Shown piece by piece: positions 55,439-63,196 of a DNA stretch of 64,000 bases (within the stretch, counting starts at the first letter, position 1; the number at the start of each line of letters is the position of its first letter). This stretch comes from Candidatus Pacearchaeota archaeon. Its GTDB lineage: Archaea; Nanobdellota; Nanobdellia; Pacearchaeales; GW2011-AR1. The notes below the pieces were generated by a model, which worked only from the letters and a program-made list of their open reading frames with translations, did no database searches and had not been told where the DNA came from. The position numbers were made by a program, and so were the translations under genes. The DNA lies in the NCBI GenBank assembly GCA_041649755.1, contig JBAZMK010000001.1:66826-130825 (forward strand), given 5' to 3'.

Positions 55439-58400
55439 TCAAGGAGTCTGGCCGTGAGGAACTGCTTTGAATAAAAGAGAGTTGTTGTAAACTCCTGCCG
55501 GCTGAGCGGGGGGTGCACTCAAGAAAAATTTCAAATAGATGACGCTTCCATCGCCAAGATTGTCTCCTATCTTATTATCATAATCTGTTGTAAGACTATA
55601 TTTAGTTTCACTTGGAACGCTCTGATTATCATAACTATACGAAAAAGTTTCGTTTCCGATTCCAAGAGTATCTAAATCAGCGGTCATTAAATCTGAGTTT
55701 GCTTTTAAGTAAACATCTACGCCAGAACTTAAAGTAGAGATATTTATGTAATAATCTGTTGAGCCTTCGCCATTATTCCCTTCTGCCGACTGATTGAATA
55801 TGGGTAAGGAAGAGATTGTCCAATTTATCTTATCATTTAGCTTATCAGAGAAATAAATCGCTATTCCTTCTTCTGCAGATTGTATTGTTAAATTCCATTC
55901 TCCCGTCGCATTAGAGATATCTAGATTAGAAGTTAAATTAGCAAACGCATAAAAACTATGTGTATTACTCGCCTCTCCTGTTGCGTTTACCCAGAAAGTT
56001 ATCGTCTCACTCTGTCCTTCGGTCAATGAAGAAGTTGTCAAAGGATTTGAACTTGCATTTGTGTAGAAAGGCGTTCCAGAATTAATAGGAATTAAACCTG
56101 AGGAGTATAAGCTTGTGTTGATTGTTTCACAATTCCCTTCAAGACAGGTCACATTTAAGGTTACATTAAAAAATTCGTTTTGTGTTATATTAATATTCTC
56201 TGTCGGATATAAAACCTCTAACCCTATTAAAGGAGTTGAATTAACAAAGAAAACAACGGATTCCGTATCGTTTAAATTTCCTGCAGTATCATTACAATAA
56301 GCATAAATTGTGTAAGTATTGTTTGATGATATAGAATAAGTTGAATTGAACACTAAATTATCTGTGGTGTCCATTGAAAAGTTTGAGGTTCCGTTTCCGA
56401 ACCAGCAAGTTCCTTCTTCGTTGATTGTAAAATTCACCACGATAGAAGTTGTTGAATAAGAGTATGTTTGATTTAGTGGAGAGTTTATTGTTACAGAAGG
56501 TGGAGTTGCATCCATTCCACTAATTGTTACCGTTCTCATTTCAGTTTCATTCACATTCCCAGCCATATCTTGTGTGTATGCTTTGAATGTGTGTGTTCCT
56601 TCTGCTAAACTTGTGAAGTTATGGTAGGAGTTTCCGCTCCAGACAGTTAAGTTTCCTCTTTTTACTAGTATAATATGGTTTGGAACAGTTACATCGTAGA
56701 TTCTTCCATTGTAATTCTCTTTTGTTATGTTTTTTATTTTTATTTCTCTGCCTTTTTCATCTAAAAATACCAAATTATCTGTATTTTTATTGCCTTTTTC
56801 AATTTCAGAGTATAATTCAGAGATTTTTATTAGGTTGAAATTGTTTAGTTCTTCCCTACCAAAAGGTTTAAATACTTTATTTGTATGCAAATAAGATAAA
56901 TAATTACTTTGTAAATCCAAGATGGGAACAATCACTCTATCTGTGCCTGATGAATTGAAGTCTGAAATGGATAGTACTGATTTTATTAATTGGTCTTCAG
57001 TAGCAAGAAGGGCATTTTTGGAGGTACTCAAGGATGTTAAAAAATTAGAATTATTAAAGAAACTTAGAGAAATTTCTGAAATATCTGATGATGACAGAAG
57101 AGAGATTAAAGATTCTCTTGTCAAAGAAGTAGTGGATTCTGTTGAAAAGGTTTCTAAAGACTTAAAGTCCGGCAAGATCAAGCCGAAAAGCTTAAAAGAA
57201 TTCAATGCATTCTGTGAGTCATGAATATTGATACTACCCTTATTGATGATACTCTCATCAAGCTTAGAAAAAAAGATTTGACTCTTTTTAGGGCTCTTCA
57301 AAAGAAAATCTGCCAAATTGCCCAACTCGATTGGGATTCCCTTCAGCATTTCAAAAATTTGAGGGGGAGCCTTAAAGACTATAAGCGAGTCCATGTTGGA
57401 AGTTACGTCCTTATTTTCAAGGTAGAAAGAGAGGTTATTATCTTCGCCAAATTTGTCCATCATGACGAGGCTTACTGAGCCGCGCTTTTCTTTTTTATTA
57501 GAATAAGCAACATAAACTTTATGCTCAGGTGAAACGAGCAGGCTTCCTTTTTCTTCATCATAATTTTCAGTTTCAATTCTGTACATTTCTTCATTTTCAT
57601 GTGCAAAATCCTGTTTTTCAGTTGGTTTTTGCCATTCAGTTTCTCCTGAATTTGAATTAAGAGTGAGGATTTCATCCTCTAAACTTACATTTGAAAAATG
57701 TTTCCAGCCAGAATCAGTCATAACTTCTGTTTCATTATCAAAACAGTATTTTGTACTCTGGTTTGCGTATAATGCCTGAATTTCTTCAGCAGATAAACTT
57801 CTATTAAATATCATTACATCGTCGATGGAACCGTTGAAACTTTGACTATTATCTGATTTAGAACCTATATTAGCAGTATTCAAGTTTATTGGACGTCCAC
57901 TAAAAGCATAATAGCTACCTCCATATTGCCCATTTAAATACAGAAATATGCCACTTTCATTATTGATTACTACAAGATTATTCCAAGTATCTTCTGTAAT
58001 AACTGGACCATTAATATTAATATTAGGTCCATCAGAATCCCATCTAACCCGCACAATATCATCGTCTGACCACCTAATAAAAGCACTAGGATAGCCAGTT
58101 CCTGCAAGATTAAATAAGTAATTATCAGTTCCATCATTTATTGCTTTAAACCAAAGCGAAATGGTAGAATAAGTATATGAAACACTAGGTCCAGCAACAT
58201 CAACATAATCCCCATCTCCATCAAACTCAAACCCCTTCCCTAGTTTTCCAGCAGTTGTTTGTTTTGCATCCCCTTGTTTTGTTCCATTGTTGCTTCCAGT
58301 ATAATCTACCACTGTTGTTCCATTAAAGTCATCCATCCTCCACCATCCTACTAATGAATTATCAAAGTCAATGAATGTGCTTATGTTGCTATTTCCTCTT

Positions 58401-61207
58401 CCAATATCACTTGCCGAAACATTCACAAAAATAAAGTCATCACTTGTAACATTCCCTTCTTCAAGCGTCGGGGGAACAAATTCTATTAGAGGTTTCATAT
58501 CTTCTTCAAATTCCCACCCCAATCTAGGGTAATCATTTCCATCATCAATAAACCAAGTTTCATTTACATAATCGCCTTTTTCTGCAATGTTCCAACTTGC
58601 TGTTGTAAAAGTAGATATGTTTTGCATTTGTGCTGTTGTTTTTCCTATTGCGTCTCCTCCTCCTGTTGATTGTCCAGATGATTCAGTGTCCCAAAAAGAA
58701 TTTGTATCTATCCCTTGGTCTAACCCAACAAAACCTTTATCTGTTGGGTCATCTGTTCCTTCATAATGAACTGAACCTGTTGAATAAGATTTATTAATCC
58801 TGCCCACATAATTCCTTCCAGCAAAACCCCCATTAGCTGTTGAAGTTCCTGAAATACGGGTAACACTTCCAGTAGAGTAGGAATTTGAAATATTTGATCC
58901 ATCACTCATCCCAACAAATCCCCCTATGTAATAAGTCCCCGAGGAATTTCCTTTTGCGTAACAGGAATCAACCATTATATTAATACTATGACCTATAAAC
59001 CCCCCGTTTGTCTCTACACTTCCAGAAACATTTCCACTTGACCAGCAATTAGTAATATAAACAGAGGCATAATTTGAATTAGCATACCCTACAAGACCCC
59101 CTAAGTACGAAGTCCCAGAAATATTACCTATGAAATAACTATTTGTAACATTGCCTGAACGAAGATAACCAATTAAACCCCCTACCCATTGTCCTGTACT
59201 AGATACTAAGCAAGAGGAATTAGAGGAGGTTATAGAACTAATATAAGAAGGATAAAAAGAACCCACTAATCCCCCTGCAGTTCCTCCTGTAGATGTAATA
59301 GCCCCGCTTGACCAGCAGTTTGCAATAGAGACATTATTATACCCATTACCTAATATTGCCCCAACATCAGCCTTTCCCGTAACATCACAATCAATAACCC
59401 CTAAATTACTGACAGAGCCTCCATTAATCCTCCCAAACAAGCCCTGATAATCCGTTCCGCTTCTATTAGTATATAGATTACTGATTGTATGATTTTGTCC
59501 GTCAAAAGTTCCTGTAAATGTAGCAATAGGCAACCAACCAGCACCTGTTGTAAACGCTTCCATATTGTCACAATTTTCATAGGAATCGCAATCGCTAAAA
59601 TTTAAATCTCTTAAAAGAATATAAGAAGCAGATAAATTATTTCTTGTTTCGTTTAAGTCTTCAACTGAGTTAATTTCTATTGGTGGGTCAATAACATAAT
59701 CATATTCTATATCCCCAAAACTTCTCAAGTCAAAAGTATCCTGTTCTCCTTCAAGTTCAGTAAGATAAATTTTATACTCTCCTCCCTCATAGATATTATC
59801 AAAAACTGCTAGTGTTTCGTTATTATCTTTTTCGTAAACTTTTACATTTCCAGAATCGTTACTTCTTGCATAAATTGTAATATCTTTTTCATTTGTCAAA
59901 TTCTCTTCAAAAGTCACTCTCAAATATTCTCCATTGGGAATCAAAACATAACTGCCGTCTAATCCTTTCACACTTTCGTAAACATCTTCTAAGAATGTGT
60001 AATTTTCATCTAAATGTTCTGCTTTGGTTATTTCAATTATCTCAAATGTCGGGTCAAGTTCAATAATCTGTCCAATTTCGGTTTCCTCTGAACTAAAATC
60101 TCTTTCTATATAGACGGTTACTATATTTTCATAGAATAATTCTTCTTTAGGACCTTTTACTTCTTCAACAACCCGCGAAGTGACGCCAGAGATAAACTTT
60201 ATTACCGAGCCTGTTATGTCGCCTTCGTTAGAGACCTCTTCTCCCCCGTTAGATTCTTCTGTAAAATTTTCTTCTAAATCCTCAGAAGTATTATCTTCTT
60301 CTAAACTATTTTCTTCGGTTTCTTCATCAGGCAAGAGTTCTTCAACCGAATCTAAAGAAAGATTTTCCATATTCCCCTCTTCGGTTATGTTTGAAGGTTC
60401 TTCTGCAGATAAATTCTCTGTTAGTTCTGTTAAGTTTTCTTCTTCGGTTAGGTTCTCTAAAAAGCCTATACCTGTTTCGTTAGCAGTTACATTCTCTTTT
60501 TCTTCTGTGAAGTTATAATCTTCTTCTAATTCAGATGAATTATCTGTTAATTCTGTTAGGTTTTCTTCTTTAGTTATGTTCAGCTCTTCCGGTATAAATT
60601 CTATTTCAGGAAGACCAATTTTGACATTATAACCCTGCCCTTCTAAATCGCTAAAAGAGATTATAGACCTCCCGATTTGAAGCGTGCTATCATTAATAAT
60701 TTTAATAGTGAGACTGGAGGTTACGTCAATTTTAGCTGAAAAATTTAACTCATTTAACTGGATATAATAACCCCACTTGTACTTTTGTTCTTCTTTCGTG
60801 TCCTCTTCAACTTTTATATCAAAATCTTCAGCCGGAGCCACTGATGAATCCGCAATCTCTTTTAATTTTTCTGAGAGATTCTCAGGATTTTCATTTAAAA
60901 CCCCTTTATTTTTATTAATCTCCTCAACAAAATCGCTGTGATTCAGCAAATCAAAGTAAATTCTTATCATTCCTTCTTCAAGTTCAAAGTCCATTCTTTT
61001 ATTTTTATTAAAGCTTCTAACTTCTCCCATAAATTTTGAAGGTTCTTTAATTTCCAGTTTTGAAGAGTCTTTTTCTATTCTTGTTTCAACAACCTCATCA
61101 GAAATTACATATCCTACGATAGAATTGTTAGAAATTAAAATAAGAAGAAAAAGTAAAAGGAAAAATCCTATAATAATTTTATACCTCTTACCGCCATTAA
61201 TTCTCAT
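55439..61207 (-). CDS. Giant (1922 aa) cell-surface protein: signal/TM, acidic sequon-rich region, GLUG-type Gly-rich repeats, LamG (ConA-like) domain, Hint/intein-like domain, Ig-like domains, shared C-terminal module
   Basis: N-terminal KRYKIIIGFFLLLFLLILI; dozens of NxT/S sequons; repeats GG[LF][VI]G every ~20 aa (GLUG-like); LamG motif LWFKA...IDDVMIFNRSLSAEEIQALY; Hint blocks CFDNETEVMT, GSLLVSPEHKVYV, RIYDVTVPNHIILV...GNS. Confidence 0.8.
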   Translation of the reverse strand: MRINGGKRYKIIIGFFLLLFLLILISNNSIVGYVISDEVVETRIEKDSSKLEIKEPSKFMGEVRSFNKNKRMDFELEEGMIRIYFDLLNHSDFVEEINKNKGVLNENPENLSEKLKEIADSSVAPAEDFDIKVEEDTKEEQKYKWGYYIQLNELNFSAKIDVTSSLTIKIINDSTLQIGRSIISFSDLEGQGYNVKIGLPEIEFIPEELNITKEENLTELTDNSSELEEDYNFTEEKENVTANETGIGFLENLTEEENLTELTENLSAEEPSNITEEGNMENLSLDSVEELLPDEETEENSLEEDNTSEDLEENFTEESNGGEEVSNEGDITGSVIKFISGVTSRVVEEVKGPKEELFYENIVTVYIERDFSSEETEIGQIIELDPTFEIIEITKAEHLDENYTFLEDVYESVKGLDGSYVLIPNGEYLRVTFEENLTNEKDITIYARSNDSGNVKVYEKDNNETLAVFDNIYEGGEYKIYLTELEGEQDTFDLRSFGDIEYDYVIDPPIEINSVEDLNETRNNLSASYILLRDLNFSDCDSYENCDNMEAFTTGAGWLPIATFTGTFDGQNHTISNLYTNRSGTDYQGLFGRINGGSVSNLGVIDCDVTGKADVGAILGNGYNNVSIANCWSSGAITSTGGTAGGLVGSFYPSYISSITSSNSSCLVSSTGQWVGGLIGYLRSGNVTNSYFIGNISGTSYLGGLVGYANSNYASVYITNCWSSGNVSGSVETNGGFIGHSINIMVDSCYAKGNSSGTYYIGGFVGMSDGSNISNSYSTGSVTRISGTSTANGGFAGRNYVGRINKSYSTGSVHYEGTDDPTDKGFVGLDQGIDTNSFWDTESSGQSTGGGDAIGKTTAQMQNISTFTTASWNIAEKGDYVNETWFIDDGNDYPRLGWEFEEDMKPLIEFVPPTLEEGNVTSDDFIFVNVSASDIGRGNSNISTFIDFDNSLVGWWRMDDFNGTTVVDYTGSNNGTKQGDAKQTTAGKLGKGFEFDGDGDYVDVAGPSVSYTYSTISLWFKAINDGTDNYLFNLAGTGYPSAFIRWSDDDIVRVRWDSDGPNININGPVITEDTWNNLVVINNESGIFLYLNGQYGGSYYAFSGRPINLNTANIGSKSDNSQSFNGSIDDVMIFNRSLSAEEIQALYANQSTKYCFDNETEVMTDSGWKHFSNVSLEDEILTLNSNSGETEWQKPTEKQDFAHENEEMYRIETENYDEEKGSLLVSPEHKVYVAYSNKKEKRGSVSLVMMDKFGEDNNLSFYLENKDVTSNMDSLIVFKAPPQIFEMLKGIPIELGNLADFLLKSPKKSQIFFSKLDESIINKGSINIHDSQNALNSFKLFGLILPDFKSLETFSTESTTSLTRESLISLLSSSDISEISLSFFNNSNFLTSLSTSKNALLATEDQLIKSVLSISDFNSSGTDRVIVPILDLQSNYLSYLHTNKVFKPFGREELNNFNLIKISELYSEIEKGNKNTDNLVFLDEKGREIKIKNITKENYNGRIYDVTVPNHIILVKRGNLTVWSGNSYHNFTSLAEGTHTFKAYTQDMAGNVNETEMRTVTISGMDATPPSVTINSPLNQTYSYSTTSIVVNFTINEEGTCWFGNGTSNFSMDTTDNLVFNSTYSISSNNTYTIYAYCNDTAGNLNDTESVVFFVNSTPLIGLEVLYPTENINITQNEFFNVTLNVTCLEGNCETINTSLYSSGLIPINSGTPFYTNASSNPLTTSSLTEGQSETITFWVNATGEASNTHSFYAFANLTSNLDISNATGEWNLTIQSAEEGIAIYFSDKLNDKINWTISSLPIFNQSAEGNNGEGSTDYYINISTLSSGVDVYLKANSDLMTADLDTLGIGNETFSYSYDNQSVPSETKYSLTTDYDNKIGDNLGDGSVIYLKFFLSAPPAQPAGVYNNSLLFKAVPHGQTP
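56922..57224 (+). CDS. Ribbon-helix-helix (CopG-like) antitoxin
   Basis: N-terminal beta-strand/helix TITLSVPDELKSEMD..INWSSVARRAFLEVL; acidic C-terminal half; stop overlaps the toxin start (ATGA); lies on the strand opposite the giant gene. Confidence 0.6.
   Translation: MGTITLSVPDELKSEMDSTDFINWSSVARRAFLEVLKDVKKLELLKKLREISEISDDDRREIKDSLVKEVVDSVEKVSKDLKSGKIKPKSLKEFNAFCES
57221..57478 (+). CDS. RelE/ParE-family toxin (85 aa)
   Basis: C-terminal GSLKDYKRVHVGSYVLIFKVEREVIIFAKFVHHDEAY matches the RelE/ParE consensus (G.l.g.yRlRvGdYRiiY.v.d...v.il.i.hRkd.Y). Confidence 0.7.
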   Translation: MNIDTTLIDDTLIKLRKKDLTLFRALQKKICQIAQLDWDSLQHFKNLRGSLKDYKRVHVGSYVLIFKVEREVIIFAKFVHHDEAY

Positions 61208-61247
61208 TATAATAAAGAGAAATTATATTATTTAAAAGTTCTCAAAA

Positions 61248-61538
61248 CTATTTTTCAAACTTGCTTATTCTTTTAAGGTTAGTGAAAGGGAAAGGTCTTT
61301 CATTGGTTGTAAAAGTTATATACCTGTAAAACCTATAAGACTCCGAACTCCAGTATTCACAGAATTCTGCTAAATCTTTACTTCTTTTTCCCGAGAACAA
61401 AACTATGAAAAGGTGGACTATTGCTAAGATTCCGATAAGATAAGCCCAAGCCCATAGAATTATCCCTGTGACTATTAAAACTAAAATTCTCCATAGGATT
61501 TCCATTCTTTCTAAATCTTCTTTTTTATTTTTTACCAT
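61248..61538 (-). CDS. Small two-TM membrane protein (96 aa)
   Basis: ORF with two hydrophobic helices. Confidence 0.4.
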   Translation of the reverse strand: MVKNKKEDLERMEILWRILVLIVTGIILWAWAYLIGILAIVHLFIVLFSGKRSKDLAEFCEYWSSESYRFYRYITFTTNERPFPFTNLKRISKFEK

Positions 61539-61607
61539 TAAAGCCTTAATTAAAGGTTATTTAAATAATTAACTAAACATATAAATTGTTAAAAACTTTA
61601 GATATTT

Positions 61608-62354
61608 TTGATAAAGATGAAAGAAACCAGAATTTCGTCGGGCTCTTATGATTTGAATAAGTTTCTTTATGGCGGTTTTGAAACAGATATTATTACGACT
61701 TTTTATGGACCGGGGGGTTCTGGGAAGTCTAACTTTTGTGCGATTGTTGCAGTTTCACAGGCAAAGAAAGGAAATAAAATCATTCTAATTGACAGCGAAG
61801 GCGGTTTTTCAATTGACAGATTTAAACAAATTCACGGGGGGACTAAAGAAGAGGTTGAAAAAGCTTTGGGGAATATCTTGTTGCTGAAACCAACTTCATT
61901 TGAAGAACAAGAGAAATCGTTTGAAACGCTTTTAATTCACACTAAGAAAGGAGATGTTTCTCTGATAATTGTAGATAGCATCGCTATGCTTTATCGGCTG
62001 GAGCTTGGAGGAGCGATAAGTTCAGGAGACAATAAAAAAATTTCAGAAGTTAACAGAAAGCTTGCGCGACAATTAAGGGTACTAAACGAAATATCCAGAA
62101 AGCAAAATATTCCTGTCATAGTCACCAATCAGGTATATGCTTCATTTACTCAAAATGAGGAAGACAAGACAATTGAAAGGCAAGTTTCAATGGTCGGTGG
62201 GGATTTGTTAAAATATTGGAGTAAGTGCTTGATTGAGCTTCAAAACTTCCGCGGACGGAGAAAGCTGATTTTAAAAAAACACCGCTCACTTCCTGAGAAA
62301 GAGCTTTTTTTTGAGATAGTTAATTCAGGTATAAGGAAAAAAGGGCTATTTTAA
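61608..62354 (+). CDS. radB: RadB-like RecA-superfamily recombinase paralogue
   Basis: Walker A GPGGSGKSNFC, Walker B IIVDS, about 240 aa. Confidence 0.75.
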   Translation: MIKMKETRISSGSYDLNKFLYGGFETDIITTFYGPGGSGKSNFCAIVAVSQAKKGNKIILIDSEGGFSIDRFKQIHGGTKEEVEKALGNILLLKPTSFEEQEKSFETLLIHTKKGDVSLIIVDSIAMLYRLELGGAISSGDNKKISEVNRKLARQLRVLNEISRKQNIPVIVTNQVYASFTQNEEDKTIERQVSMVGGDLLKYWSKCLIELQNFRGRRKLILKKHRSLPEKELFFEIVNSGIRKKGLF

Positions 62355-62393
62355 TACAATAATCTTTAAATAAAACAACTATCTTTATATTTT

Positions 62394-62768
62394 ATGGAAG
62401 AGGTTAGAAATCGGCTTATAGAAGACCTTGAGAAAAGAGGGCTTATGCCTGTTTTGGGTTTACATATATTTGAATTGCCTAAAGATGTAAAAGCTAAATG
62501 GGTACAAAATCATAGAAGGGGTATGGGTAGTTATTACTCAAATGAAGGACGGATTATTCTTGAATGTAACTTCGGACTAGAAGAGGGTTTAAGAAGAGCA
62601 ATGAGGTATATTCATGATTATGGAACGATGACAGATGAACAGATTATAGATTTATATATCAGAGAAATGAATATAAGTGGACAAGAATTAAGAGAGGAAT
62701 CGAAATTTTTAGCGGGTTGCGAAGAGGAATCAATGAAAAGAACAGGAGATAGAGTCATTATTACATAA
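62394..62768 (+). CDS. Hypothetical protein (124 aa)
   Basis: ORF only. Confidence 0.4.
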   Translation: MEEVRNRLIEDLEKRGLMPVLGLHIFELPKDVKAKWVQNHRRGMGSYYSNEGRIILECNFGLEEGLRRAMRYIHDYGTMTDEQIIDLYIREMNISGQELREESKFLAGCEEESMKRTGDRVIIT

Positions 62769-62782
62769 TTAGATAGATTAAT

Positions 62783-63094
62783 TTATGTCCTATATCTCTC
62801 AGAAAACCTCACTGCACCATCCACGACATCTCTTGTAAATTCTAATTGTGTATCTAAAAGATAATGAGAATCTCCTTTTCTATGTAGATACTTTAAGTCT
62901 CCATTTTCAAAATCTACATGTATTGGAAAACCACTTTCTTCGTCAACTGTTCCTTCAAGAGTTGTAAGCCCTTCTCGTTTTCCCGAAATTAACTGCCCGT
63001 CTTCCATTAGAATGAAGTCGCCCAAATAGGGGCGTCCATTTTCTTCAGAAGAATTTTCCAAGGTCAAATGAACATTGCAAACTGCCGATTCCAT
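62783..63094 (-). CDS. Hypothetical protein (103 aa)
   Basis: ORF only. Confidence 0.4.
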   Translation of the reverse strand: MESAVCNVHLTLENSSEENGRPYLGDFILMEDGQLISGKREGLTTLEGTVDEESGFPIHVDFENGDLKYLHRKGDSHYLLDTQLEFTRDVVDGAVRFSERYRT

Positions 63095-63196
63095 AAAAGT
63101 ATCTGCTCTGATTTTATTTAAACTTTTTTATAGTCATCAATCTGTTATTCTTTTTAGTCAGTGAAAATATAAAAACCCTTCTTTAATGGTATTGCT

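Larger units (their letters stand above)
56630..57745 (-). mobile_element. Intein / Hint-domain insertion (372 aa) in the giant surface protein; its endonuclease slot is occupied by an antisense TA module
   Basis: Block A Cys1 CFDNETEVMTDSGW; block B GSLLVSPEHKVYVAY (TxxH-like); blocks F/G NGRIYDVTVPNHIILVKRGNLTVWSGN followed by Ser(+1); a ~190-aa low-complexity middle with no LAGLIDADG/HNH motifs lies antisense to 56922-57478. Confidence 0.6.

Noticed and set aside
56625-56650. Alternative intein C-terminal boundary at ...SYHN|F (a canonical His-Asn pair 4 residues downstream of the GN|S junction)
   Set aside because: The residue after that HN is Phe, which cannot serve as the +1 nucleophile (Cys/Ser/Thr needed). 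The GN|S junction directly follows the block F/G beta-strand (VTVPNHIILVKRGNLTVWSGN). It is kept as an uncertainty, not resolved.
56630-57745. Possibility that the intein middle encodes a degenerate homing endonuclease on the - strand
   Set aside because: Between blocks B and F there is no LAGLIDADG (hhhGhhDGDG) or HNH motif. The - strand translation is compositionally what antisense reading of the + strand RelE/RHH genes produces.
60180-60518. 112-aa + strand ORF rich in Ser inside the giant surface-protein gene
   Set aside because: It is antisense to the acidic Glu/Asn/Thr-rich sequon region of the - strand gene. A low-complexity Ser/Phe/Leu translation is the expected shadow of GAA/GAG/AAT-rich codons. 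No start context or motifs.
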